From a virus (taxonomy: Duplodnaviria; Caudoviricetes): 64,000 bases of DNA. The notes beneath the pieces were generated by a model. That model worked only from the letters and a program-made list of their open reading frames with translations, was not told the origin of the DNA and did not search any database. The stretch's first letter is position 1; each line of letters starts with the position of its first letter. Positions 21,576-31,026 of this stretch are shown in pieces. The stretch is from positions 44,379-108,378 of IMG/VR virus record IMGVR_UViG_3300044557_000185. One strand, given 5' to 3'. Made by a program: the position numbers and the translations under genes.

Positions 21576-22283
21576 CTATTTGCCAGACAGATGCTGAAGA
21601 TACGAATACACATCGCTATTGCTAGCTAATGTCTCAGCTAGATCCTGACTGAATGGCACTGTGAATGATGCTGACTGCATGCTACTGCTCAATGGCTTAG
21701 TGTAGTCTATTGGCTTAGTGCATGATATTCTGACATTGCCATCGCCAAGATATGCTATCGTCATGCCAGCAATCTGCTTGTTCTCTTTAGACCACTTGTC
21801 ATACAAGTTCTTGTTGTTGTCTTTAGCTATGCCTCCAAGCTTGTCATCTATGCTTTCATTCTCAAGCATTGACTCTACTATCTTTATGACGTCTGTCGAT
21901 ACTATCATGTCTGTCATAGATGTCTGGAACATGTTAGTCAGAAGCAAGAATGATGCAGTCAAGTCTTTAGTCGGCGCTCCAGCTGTCTCTTGCCATGAGA
22001 AGCTAGCTATTGTGACTTTGTAGTTCATATGCTGCTCAGGCCAAGACAGAGTCAGTATCGCATTTCCTCTCTGCCATCTTTGGAAGCACATAGCTGTCTG
22101 CTCTTGCACTTCTTGCGGACCATTTCTGAATGTGACTGTCATGCTGTCTTGTCGTGGATGCTTAGCTTGGAACCATGCATTTCTTTGAGCTACAGAAGTG
22201 CTAGCATCAGATTGCATAGTCCAAGACATTCGTATTGGAAGCACTTCTACCATAGTATCAGAAGAATATAGTGTCATAGACAT
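21576..22283 (-). CDS. tail/baseplate structural protein
   Basis: Between tube initiator and hub. Confidence 0.55.
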   Translation of the reverse strand: MSMTLYSSDTMVEVLPIRMSWTMQSDASTSVAQRNAWFQAKHPRQDSMTVTFRNGPQEVQEQTAMCFQRWQRGNAILTLSWPEQHMNYKVTIASFSWQETAGAPTKDLTASFLLLTNMFQTSMTDMIVSTDVIKIVESMLENESIDDKLGGIAKDNNKNLYDKWSKENKQIAGMTIAYLGDGNVRISCTKPIDYTKPLSSSMQSASFTVPFSQDLAETLASNSDVYSYLQHLSGK

Positions 22284-22315
22284 GATATGTTACCCTTATT
22301 GACAATCATTATCAT

Positions 22316-23203
22316 TTAATACCATCCGACGGACAACTCGTGTTGCCAGCTTTGTGACGGACTTCCATACCTGTCCTTTATGTACTTAAGCCCCCACTCT
22401 ATCTGAGTCTTCGGATTGGTCTTCCAGTCAGCACCAGCAGATGCCATCTTCTCGGGTGGCAGAGACTGCACGATACCATATGCGCCAGAAGATTGATTAG
22501 TAGCTTTGTAGTTCCAGCCTGACTCCTGATTCCATAGCTTGACAAGAGCAGCGAAGTCTGCTTCAGTCCACCCCATGTCAAGCACTCTCTGATGAGCATA
22601 CTTCTGGCAATCGACAGGAGAATTAGAAGCGAGATCTGCAGATGTGCCTACTGTCTGACCCTTGACTTCTACTCCATTTGGCGTAAGTCCAGTGATCGGC
22701 TGCAAAGTGTAGTCTCCAGTCCCTCCATGCCAGCCTTCATCTCCAGATGTGAAGCCTATGTCTTGTCTGATAGCATTGAACAGAGAGGACATGTCGCTTT
22801 TTGTCATGGGAGATGAATTTCTGACTACATCGAATGATATAGCGTATGGGATAGACTTCGTGTCAAGGCTCTTAGAGTAAGCATAGTCTCCCAAAGCGCA
22901 TATGACATCTATGCCCTTGTCTGGGAACTGAAGTCTTGTGGGTATGTTGTTCTGTTGGTTCTGAAGGACAGACTTGTAGAATGAAGCGAATACATATGCT
23001 ATGGAGTCAAGATCAGATGGAGATGCTGGTCTTGCGCATAGATCGCCACTGAAAGCTCCAGACTCTGTCTTGCCAAGAAGCTGTATGACTCTGCCTTGCA
23101 ATGTGTCAGATATAGTGTACTTAGGCTTGACAGTGTAAGACCAGTCTGTAGGGTTAGTCGCAAATGAATATGCAGCTGTGCCTGATGTGATAGATATGAC
23201 CAT
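22316..23203 (-). CDS. tail tube initiator-like protein with C-terminal lytic transglycosylase
   Basis: LWNQESGWN...GAYGIVQSLP...TNPKTQIEWGLKYIKDRYGSP. Confidence 0.85.
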   Translation of the reverse strand: MVISITSGTAAYSFATNPTDWSYTVKPKYTISDTLQGRVIQLLGKTESGAFSGDLCARPASPSDLDSIAYVFASFYKSVLQNQQNNIPTRLQFPDKGIDVICALGDYAYSKSLDTKSIPYAISFDVVRNSSPMTKSDMSSLFNAIRQDIGFTSGDEGWHGGTGDYTLQPITGLTPNGVEVKGQTVGTSADLASNSPVDCQKYAHQRVLDMGWTEADFAALVKLWNQESGWNYKATNQSSGAYGIVQSLPPEKMASAGADWKTNPKTQIEWGLKYIKDRYGSPSQSWQHELSVGWY

Positions 23204-23205
23204 GA

Positions 23206-25170
23206 CTACTTGCCTATTCTCATAGAGTCAGAGCCAGAATAGATTCTCTGTAGCGTCTCGTCTTTCTTAGCCATCTTAGCATACAGACCATCATCTGCGC
23301 TTATCTTTATGTTGATGTCTGATGAAGACTTAGTATCGCTATTGCTTCTTGACTTTCTAGATGTGCTCTTAGATTCGCCGTAATCAGATTCTCCTACTGC
23401 TACTTTTCTAGCTCTGTCTACAGAGCCTATGACAGCGCCAAGGCCAGCTCTGTCCAGATTGTTCTCGTTCATATACTGTTCGCTAGTGCTTGTTCCAGGA
23501 AGAGTATTGAATCTCAACATATTTCGCATAGCTCTTGAAGCGTCTTCAGGATGGTCATTCAGGTATCTTGTAGCCGTGACAGAGCTTTGAGAAGCTGCAA
23601 GAGCATCTCCGCCAAGAGAGCCAAGACCCTGCAAGAATGCCTTGTTGCTTACTAGCGCCTGAGCGTCTTTTACGCCTATGGTAGCGCCAGTAGTGTCTTT
23701 GACAGTTTTCTCAAGATTCGCTTGCACATCTGCAGCAATCTCCTCACCATCACTGCCGCCAGTTCCCTGATTTATCTTATTGCCTATTCCAGCAGCAGAC
23801 TTAGTTATGTCATCTAGGCTTTGGCCTGTCGTCTTGGCTGTATCTTTCAAAGCATCCATTGAAGACTTGACAGCATCTGTTGAAGCGCCAGTCTTAAGCA
23901 TCTGATCAGCCATAGACATCATTGAATCAGGAAGCCCTGAGTCTTTGATGCTCTTCTTCAATTCAATGGAAGCATTGAAAGCTTCTGACCCATATGACAA
24001 ACCAGTATCTGATGCACTTGCTCTGAAGTTAGCCAAGTCTTTGCCAGACACCTCTGTAAGACCAAGGAACTTCTGAGCATCTTGCCATCCGCCAGATGCC
24101 ATCATCTTGGCACCTTCATCTGCACCTAAGCCATAGACATTGCCTTGTCTTTGTGCATCTCTATAGCCTTCCATGCCAGCTTTAGCAAGAGCCCCTACTG
24201 CTGTAACGCCTGCTAGAACAGGATTGACTTTAGTAAGAAGATTTCCAGCAAGCGACATCAATCCACCACCAGCAGCAGCACCAGCTGCAGCATCTCCAGC
24301 TGCACCCGCTATGCCAGCGCCTGTTGCGCCTGTTGCAGCTTTTTCAGCGCCATCAGCTAAAGCACTTGAAGCTGCAGTACCTATCTTAGAAGTGGGCGCA
24401 GAGTCCAATGCTTCTGATACTATTCCAGGTGTCTTAGTGACAGACTTGCCAGCTTGCAAAGCTTTTGAGATAGCAGTGCTGACAGACTTCATAGCTTCGT
24501 CAGAGTTAGCACCAGCTGATGAGCCAGTCTGTGGAATAGACGATATAGCATTTTCGCCCAATGCTTGCTTTGAGTCTATGACTGTCTTCATGTCAGACGA
24601 TATCTCAGAAGCTTTAGCTCGCATAGCAGTCTGGTCTATGTTTTCAGAAGCTGCTTTAGTCGCAAGTCTTGAATGCAAGCTGTCATAGAAAGAAGTGCCC
24701 ATAGACATTACAGTATGCATTCCGTCAATGTACTTGTTGATTGACGAAGTGTACATGTCAAGATTCTTGACGACTTGATTCATGTTGAGAGTAGCGAATG
24801 CTTTTCGTATTTCGTCAGCATTAACTTTGCTGAATTGAGCTATCTTCCTGTCGTCGCTAGCATTAGATGTGCGACTTACTGCTGCTTTCTTCTCTTCATT
24901 CTGCTGTCGCTTGACTCTGTCATTGTCATGCTTAGCACTGTCGACTTTCTGTCTTTCATTGCTCTCTTTGACAGCTTTAGCGATAGCTGCTATGTTGCTT
25001 TCGTAATCGCTCGGCTCATCGCTAGAACGAGATTCGGCATTAGCAGCACGCTCTTTCTCCCGCTTCTCGTCTTCTTCAGCATATCTGCTCTTTATCAGAT
25101 CTATCAGATCACCTATAGATCTGCTGTCTTCGTCTTCGTCAAACGAGAAAGACACTGTGTCGTCTATCAT
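23206..25170 (-). CDS. tape measure protein
   Basis: 654 aa, Ala/Gly-rich helical; follows the chaperone pair. Confidence 0.75.
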   Translation of the reverse strand: MIDDTVSFSFDEDEDSRSIGDLIDLIKSRYAEEDEKREKERAANAESRSSDEPSDYESNIAAIAKAVKESNERQKVDSAKHDNDRVKRQQNEEKKAAVSRTSNASDDRKIAQFSKVNADEIRKAFATLNMNQVVKNLDMYTSSINKYIDGMHTVMSMGTSFYDSLHSRLATKAASENIDQTAMRAKASEISSDMKTVIDSKQALGENAISSIPQTGSSAGANSDEAMKSVSTAISKALQAGKSVTKTPGIVSEALDSAPTSKIGTAASSALADGAEKAATGATGAGIAGAAGDAAAGAAAGGGLMSLAGNLLTKVNPVLAGVTAVGALAKAGMEGYRDAQRQGNVYGLGADEGAKMMASGGWQDAQKFLGLTEVSGKDLANFRASASDTGLSYGSEAFNASIELKKSIKDSGLPDSMMSMADQMLKTGASTDAVKSSMDALKDTAKTTGQSLDDITKSAAGIGNKINQGTGGSDGEEIAADVQANLEKTVKDTTGATIGVKDAQALVSNKAFLQGLGSLGGDALAASQSSVTATRYLNDHPEDASRAMRNMLRFNTLPGTSTSEQYMNENNLDRAGLGAVIGSVDRARKVAVGESDYGESKSTSRKSRSNSDTKSSSDINIKISADDGLYAKMAKKDETLQRIYSGSDSMRIGK

Positions 25171-25478
25171 GCTTTACCACCAAGATTGTGAGCTGACAGG
25201 AACTCCGATATCTTGCTCATGTCTACTTCTCCATTGATAGAATGTCTTTGGTTGACAGAGTCGTCTTCAGATGGGAATGCTGCTTCATGCATTTTCGGAT
25301 TGATGAATGCTGTCAGCATCTTAGCCATATTGACATAGAACTCTTTGTCGTTCTTAGCATCGATCTCATCAAGATACTGCTTAATGTGCACATTGAGTCT
25401 AGATTCAGGCAGAGAATTGCTTCTGCAAAGCCATCTCAAACGAGATGCTGTCTTGTCAGACAGTCCCTGCCGAATCAT
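25167..25478 (-). CDS. tail assembly chaperone, frameshift extension (T-like)
   Basis: In the -1 frame after G GGA AAA. Confidence 0.7.
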   Translation of the reverse strand: MIRQGLSDKTASRLRWLCRSNSLPESRLNVHIKQYLDEIDAKNDKEFYVNMAKMLTAFINPKMHEAAFPSEDDSVNQRHSINGEVDMSKISEFLSAHNLGGKA

Positions 25479-25951
25479 TTTCCCAGTGCTTCAAGCTCTT
25501 TGTCTGATTCGTTCTTCATGTCTCTGTAAGCTAAGCAGTACTTCTCTATGAATTTAGAATAGTAGTCTTTAGCTTTTTCATATCTAGCTTCTGGAGTGTC
25601 GTCTCTTTTAGATATCGAAGGTATGAAAGGCTCACCATCTATTCTAATCACAGACATAGCAAATATTGCTGTATTGTATGCAAGCGGATATGCTAAAGAA
25701 TTCTCATACTGAGATACGAGAGTGAAAGCTTCCATCTCTTCTCTAGCATTCAGCACTTTCATTTCTACAGTATGCTTGAGAATAGACAAAGTCTGTCGTT
25801 TTTCACCTTGTCTAGCAGCTTCTATGATAGCAAACTCATCAGCCCGATCATGCGTCTCAGCTTCGTCATGCATTTCGACTTCATCTTCTGCATGCTGCTC
25901 TGCAGCTCTTGCTCTTTCTAGAGCTCTGTCTTGCTGTCGTCTTGATACCAT
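25475..25951 (-). CDS. tail assembly chaperone (G-like)
   Basis: Upstream of tape measure; ends ...CTG GGA AAA TGA. Confidence 0.75.
   Translation of the reverse strand: MVSRRQQDRALERARAAEQHAEDEVEMHDEAETHDRADEFAIIEAARQGEKRQTLSILKHTVEMKVLNAREEMEAFTLVSQYENSLAYPLAYNTAIFAMSVIRIDGEPFIPSISKRDDTPEARYEKAKDYYSKFIEKYCLAYRDMKNESDKELEALGK
25478..25484 (-). other. programmed -1 frameshift slippery site GGGAAAA
   Basis: X XXY YYZ heptamer; the -1 frame reads into 25167..25478. Confidence 0.75.
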
Positions 25952-25988
25952 ATGGCTGCTCGTTTCGTAGTAATGTTGCTTATATTTA

Positions 25989-26110
25989 TGAACTACTTCT
26001 GAGTTAAAGATTCAGAAGCTTCCAGTTTCATCGAGTCCTGCGTATTCGAAAAAGATTCGAATGCGTCTAGTAGACTCTCCACTGGCTTAAAGTCCCTACA
26101 TTCCATAGGT
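25989..26110 (-). ncRNA. putative TnpB omega/reRNA scaffold and right end
   Basis: Hairpins overlapping the tnpB 3' end (CCTATGGAATGTAGG; ATTCGAATCTTTTTCGAAT; CTTCTGA...TCAGAAG) ending GTAGTTCA. Confidence 0.6.
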
Positions 26111-27288
26111 ATTTGATTTGATTGTTCAGCAAATCTAATCATGTTCCTTGCAGCATGGACATCTCTATCGCAATGATATCCGCAGTCACAGGAATACGTT
26201 CTTGCTGACAATGGCATGCCATTCTTCTTGCCACATATGCACATCTTAGTGGTTGGTTGCCATTTGTCTAGAACAATAGTTCTCTGGTTTGCGATTAGCT
26301 TTGCTTTGACTCTTCCAAGAATCGATTGCCGAATTCCCTTTGAGCCACGAGCAATAGACTTTCTCATTCTCCAAGAACTGATGTTCTCATCCTGCATGCA
26401 GACATGCTCATGCTGCAACAGATAGTGAACTACCTGATTTGCTATGTTGTTCTTTTTGTTTGTCAGCTTTCGATATTCACTATGAATGCAATCAAGATTC
26501 TTCCTATAGCCGTTAGAGCCTTTTGTCTGACGCGACAATTTCTTGTGCAACCGTCTCAAGTGCTCGGTTTCTCCGACTACAGTCTTGATCTTGATTCCAT
26601 TGGATAGAGTGATGTGGGTCTTTACTCCCATATCTATACCAATTGCTGAACCATCTACAAAATCTTCTTTTTGCTTGTCTCTGAAACAGGTGACAGCAAG
26701 ATAGTATCCATCAGGCTTATTCAGAAGATGAGCATTTGCAAGTTCATATCCATGAATCTGCTCAGCTCCGTTGACATGAACCCATCCACCGACTTTCTGA
26801 ATTCTAGCTTTATTGTTTTTAATCTTATATGTACGATTTGCCTGTTGAAGATTGATTGATGAGACGTTGGAAACAAATCTGAGCTTGCCAACTTTACCAC
26901 CATGCTTCTTTTTTGTTGATAAAGCTTTGATGTTCTGCTTGACTTCTGCAACGACTGATTGCTTCATCTGAGCACTAAGATATCTGAATTTTCTGGACAC
27001 CGTTTTATCAGGAAGCTTTACATCGACTTCATTCTGAATTCTATATCCGTCAAGACCTTTGGCTATCACATCGTTTCTCAACCATTTTGCCTCAACGAAC
27101 ATCATCTTTAGCTGTTCTTTCTGAGTCTTATTCAGTTTGTTTGTCTGAATCTTCAGATTGAACACATTGCAAGTCTGATGTCTTCTTCGTTCTCGAGTCA
27201 TCTTCATTGATCTGGCAATTGAAGCGTTCTTGGATAGACGCTTGTAGTCATCCATGCTTCTCTTAATGTCAGTCAATGTTTTATTCAT
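25993..27288 (-). mobile_element. tnpB: RNA-guided endonuclease TnpB (IS200/IS605 family), no TnpA
   Basis: AIGIDMGVK RuvC-I, QDENI RuvC-II variant, CICG...CDCG zinc ribbon, DRDVHAARN RuvC-III. Confidence 0.9.
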
Positions 27289-27330
27289 ATTTTAATTATA
27301 TCAAACGGGCTTGATGCAACTAGATTGTCT

Positions 27331-27450
27331 CAAGATTGATCTCTAGTGAACTTAGAATCTGATGCATATATAATTATATATACTTGATACTGGAAGTCCA
27401 CAGAGAACAACGTCGTTATTCTGGTGATATAGCCAGTGCAATGTATGGAA
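27331..27450 (+). repeat. dispersed intergenic palindrome, copy 4
   Basis: GATCTCTAG...TATATAATTATATA...AGAGAACAACGTCGTTATTCTGGTGATAT. Confidence 0.85.
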
Positions 27451-28497
27451 TCAAAACATTCCAGCATATGGAGACTTGAACTTAGACGGCTTAGCATATG
27501 CATCTATGTCAGACACAGCTGAATTTAGCGAATCAGACGGGCTAGACACTACATTATTCAGATATCTGTCTGCTCTAGCATTAGTCTGGTCTGAAAGAAG
27601 TCTGTACGCTAGCACCATCAAGCAGTCGACAAGATCTGAGTGCCCAAGATTACCTATTCTTGGCTTGACTACTTTCCCATTCACTATCTGCAAAGCTTCC
27701 AGTTCTGCTTGAAGCATGCACCTAGCTGTCTCCCAAGTGTTCATGTCATCGAAGTACGAATGAACCCAATGCTCATTTATGCACATCTTCAATATCTCGT
27801 ACATCTTAGTGTTCTTGCTTCCAGTGAATGTCTCTTCAAACACTTTGCAAGCTATGTTGTTATCATGGCAGTATGCCATCAGATCCTGTATCGGCATTAC
27901 TGAATTGAACTGATCGAATGATATCGTCTTAAGTCTGAACAGAGCTATTAGCTGCTTTATGTCATTCAGTATGGGTCTGTATTCTATCTGACCTGATTCG
28001 AACTGACTTGACTTGTAGACTGAATACCAGTCGACTATCATGTGCTTGTAGCTTATGCCGAACTCATCTGGCTCATTCAGTTCAGAATGGCATATCATGA
28101 CAGCAAAGTCGTCGTTGACTTTAGCTGGATCGCAATGCATATGGTACTCTTTGGAGTATTCACCCTGATTTCGCTTCTCAAGATGCATGTGAATGCCATT
28201 GATGTCGAAGTCATCGAATATCTTAGCTACTGCTTGAGGAGACAGATAGACGTTCAAGCCCTCGACGAACTGAGCTCTGTTCTCAACTCTAGCATTTATC
28301 GGATCAGCTGCTTCTTCAGCTGCCATAGCTTGCTCTTCAATTGAGCCATTTGCATCAGGCTTGAACTGTATTGGCCTGGAGAATGCAAGACGCTTGTAAG
28401 CTTTAGCTTTATGAAAAGCATCTAGCTCAATATTGCTCATATCTGAAGTATCAATTGCTTCAGAATCCAACACTTTTACGAAATGTCCCATTTTCAC
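27451..28497 (-). CDS. terL: terminase large subunit, C-terminal nuclease half
   Basis: HCDPAKVNDDFA, ISFDQFNS, HSDLVDCL RNase-H-type acidic residues. Confidence 0.85.
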   Translation of the reverse strand: MKMGHFVKVLDSEAIDTSDMSNIELDAFHKAKAYKRLAFSRPIQFKPDANGSIEEQAMAAEEAADPINARVENRAQFVEGLNVYLSPQAVAKIFDDFDINGIHMHLEKRNQGEYSKEYHMHCDPAKVNDDFAVMICHSELNEPDEFGISYKHMIVDWYSVYKSSQFESGQIEYRPILNDIKQLIALFRLKTISFDQFNSVMPIQDLMAYCHDNNIACKVFEETFTGSKNTKMYEILKMCINEHWVHSYFDDMNTWETARCMLQAELEALQIVNGKVVKPRIGNLGHSDLVDCLMVLAYRLLSDQTNARADRYLNNVVSSPSDSLNSAVSDIDAYAKPSKFKSPYAGMF

Positions 28498-28566
28498 CAG
28501 ATTAACTGTAGTAATTGAAGCTTGTATATATAATTATATACTAACAGTTTACTGCAATTAATCTGA
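28498..28566. repeat. divergent palindrome, copy 5, abutting the TerL C-half start
   Basis: CAGATTAACTGTAGTAA...TATATAATTATATA...TTACTGCAATTAATCTG. Confidence 0.7.
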
Positions 28567-28607
28567 GTGATTCATGAGAACATGCTAAATTGCATTTTTG
28601 CATAATG

Positions 28608-29081
28608 CTACTTAAGAGGCACATCGAATTGCTTGTAACGACTCATTCCTCCAGGTAAGCCATAGGAGTCAATGCATTGCGTAGCATATTTGACAGTCAC
28701 ATTGCCACGATTCCCATGAAGAAGAATCGGTCGCTTATCTCTGCTCAAGAACCAGATAGAGCCATCTTCCTTCCTGAACAGAGTAAGCACATCTTTTCTA
28801 GATAGCTCTTCATTTGGCAAGCGTTCGCTGTCTTCTTTTCTGGCAGCATACATGAATTCTGCATATGCTCCTGCTTTGGGAGCATGGTTCTGATCATACA
28901 GAGAGTCTATCGATATGCTGTCGCAGATCTTGATTCCATCAGCATCAGCAACTGCTTCATAGACAGCATAGCCTTCTACACCTTTACATAGTCTAAAGTA
29001 GGTGTCAAGATCATGAAGACGAACATGCACTTCATCTCCTGCTTTGACATTGTCTTTCATGTTGATTCTTCTAGCATTCAT
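28608..29081 (-). CDS. hypothetical protein
   Basis: 157-aa ORF. Confidence 0.65.
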   Translation of the reverse strand: MNARRINMKDNVKAGDEVHVRLHDLDTYFRLCKGVEGYAVYEAVADADGIKICDSISIDSLYDQNHAPKAGAYAEFMYAARKEDSERLPNEELSRKDVLTLFRKEDGSIWFLSRDKRPILLHGNRGNVTVKYATQCIDSYGLPGGMSRYKQFDVPLK

Positions 29082-29127
29082 CTCATTCTAGCTTTCCGTT
29101 TTTTCTATTGCTAGATTGCTATCGCAA

Positions 29128-29559
29128 TCAGATTCCTGTTGATCCGAAGCCAGATGCATCTCTTCCGTCTTCAGACTTGCCCAAGCTTTCTGCTTCTTCC
29201 CAATCTGATGAATCTATCGACATGACAAGAAGCTGAGCAATTCTGTCGCCAGTCTTGATTTCGAAAGCTTTGTCGCTGTGATTGACAAGATTGACTAGAA
29301 TCTCTCCTCTGTATCCAGAATCTACAATTCCTGGAGAGTTCATTACTGTAATTCCATCATGTATAGCTAGACCAGATCGTGGAACTACCATTGCTACTTT
29401 GTTCTGATCTAGTCTAATAGCAATGCCTGTATGTACGAGCTTGTACTGTCCAGGTTCAATTGTCGTGTCTTCAGAAGAATGCAGATCAGAACCAGCATCA
29501 AATGCATGCTTTCTAGTCTGTTCTTGAGCATTCTCTGCAATCTTATGCCATGCAGTCAT
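29128..29559 (-). CDS. dut: trimeric dUTPase
   Basis: DAGSDL, PRSGLA, GIVDSGYRGEI, GDRIAQL, RDASGFGSTG. Confidence 0.95.
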   Translation of the reverse strand: MTAWHKIAENAQEQTRKHAFDAGSDLHSSEDTTIEPGQYKLVHTGIAIRLDQNKVAMVVPRSGLAIHDGITVMNSPGIVDSGYRGEILVNLVNHSDKAFEIKTGDRIAQLLVMSIDSSDWEEAESLGKSEDGRDASGFGSTGI

Positions 29560-29735
29560 TCTATTCCAAGCCTCTTTCTCAATCGTACGTTGTCTTTAGC
29601 TAGCTCCAGTATAGTGTCATGCACATCGTCTAGAAAGTCATCTACTTGGTCTGCATCATACCAGTCCCTTTTGAATTTAGTCTTGAAGTCGAATACTTTA
29701 GCTTCTACATCTTGTGGCTTGACAAGTGCAACCAT
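29556..29735 (-). CDS. DivIVA-domain mini-protein (59 aa)
   Basis: MVALVKPQDVEAKVF...WYDADQVDDFLDDV plus coiled coil; not in the ORF track. Confidence 0.75.
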   Translation of the reverse strand: MVALVKPQDVEAKVFDFKTKFKRDWYDADQVDDFLDDVHDTILELAKDNVRLRKRLGIE

Positions 29736-29795
29736 CTTTAACCCTTTCGTTTATGTTTCTATCTTGCTTTCAATCAGCATGTTCATGTCATATTA

Positions 29796-29922
29796 ATATC
29801 CTATCTTTATACTCTGTATATTCTCAGAATGACGACGTTTATACGTGTGAACCTCTAGTATTCAGTATATATAATTATATATGCTTACAATTCTAAGTCA
29901 TTAGAGAACAACGTCGTAAATC
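29796..29922 (-). repeat. dispersed intergenic palindrome, copy 6 (inverted)
   Basis: GACGACGTTTATAC...TATATAATTATATA...AGAGAACAACGTCGT. Confidence 0.9.
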
Positions 29923-30080
29923 TACTCATCTAGAACGTTTTTGCAATATGACTTGTCAAAGTCTTCAAAGATACGAGTAGCTTCTTCATAGCTAATTCCG
30001 AACTCTCTGAACAAGTAGTCTATGCTGAAGCCTGATTGTATGTATCTATAGAATGGAATATCGTCGCAGCTAGTCATATG

Positions 30081-30482
30081 TCAATCTTTATCTAGTACGT
30101 AGACGCATACGTTCAATCTTGGATTGACGCCAGCATATCTATATCGTTCCGAACCATCAGACGTATATTGAATCTGATCTAATGACTTGCTATAGATTGT
30201 ATCGAGTTCAAGAGAATTGACAAGAGACTTACACGGAATATACTTCATGAAAAGTACGAATATCAAACTATGTGCTACACAGTCGACTTTCACCTGTATG
30301 TCGTCTTCTGTCACATTGCATTCATTGTGACGAAGTCGCCATACGAAGTCTTCTTTGTATGAATCGATGATTTCATCTTTTATTTGCAAGTCGACTGCAA
30401 GAGTCAATTTGTAGCAGTACGTATCTTTAGACAATCCATTTGAATCTACTTTGATTTTGGCTATTGTGTACGGATCTATCAT
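30081..30482 (-). CDS. hypothetical protein
   Basis: 133-aa ORF, coupled to the upstream gene. Confidence 0.6.
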   Translation of the reverse strand: MIDPYTIAKIKVDSNGLSKDTYCYKLTLAVDLQIKDEIIDSYKEDFVWRLRHNECNVTEDDIQVKVDCVAHSLIFVLFMKYIPCKSLVNSLELDTIYSKSLDQIQYTSDGSERYRYAGVNPRLNVCVYVLDKD

Positions 30483-30826
30483 TTGGCGTCCTTAAGACTT
30501 TCTTGATACTTTCCAGGCCATGTATGAACAAATGCATTCTCAATCTGAGCATAACGATTGATTACAATTGGAGTAGATGGGAACGGAATGTAGCTGTATA
30601 TCTTCTTTCCATTTTCATTCTTTACTGTTATCTTAAGCAGCACACGATCTGGAATAGTAGACGTCTCATATTGGAAAGCAAATTCTGTTCCTACTACATC
30701 TAGCATAGCAGTTCTAGCTTCTTCATATGAATCTGCTTCTACAAGAACTACTTCATCTGCACTGATATTGCCTAGCACCGGATGAGGCTCATAGTCGTAC
30801 TTGCTTCCGAATGTGAAATAGTACAT
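30479..30826 (-). CDS. hypothetical early protein
   Basis: AAGGAG RBS, promoter upstream; YYFTFG start. Confidence 0.7.
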   Translation of the reverse strand: MYYFTFGSKYDYEPHPVLGNISADEVVLVEADSYEEARTAMLDVVGTEFAFQYETSTIPDRVLLKITVKNENGKKIYSYIPFPSTPIVINRYAQIENAFVHTWPGKYQESLKDAK

Positions 30827-30872
30827 CGTGTTTAACTCCTTTCTTTTTTGATTGTTTTTAATCTATAGTTAT

Positions 30873-30901
30873 ATTATATAACACTTTTGAATAGATGTAA
30901 A
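30873..30901 (-). promoter_or_regulatory. conserved phage promoter
   Basis: TTTACA-N17-TATAAT-ATAACTAT. Confidence 0.8.
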
Positions 30902-30922
30902 ATCGACATGAAAAGAATATAG

Positions 30923-30950
30923 AAAAAGCCCAGCTTATCGGGCTGGGCTT
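30923..30950 (-). terminator. rho-independent terminator
   Basis: AAGCCCAGC-CCGATAA-GCTGGGCTTTTT. Confidence 0.85.
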
Positions 30951-31026
30951 AGACTAGACTTCATGACATAGTCATGTCAAGTGTAAATGCTATATTCGAA
31001 CATCAAAAAGATGTCAATTCAGCAGA

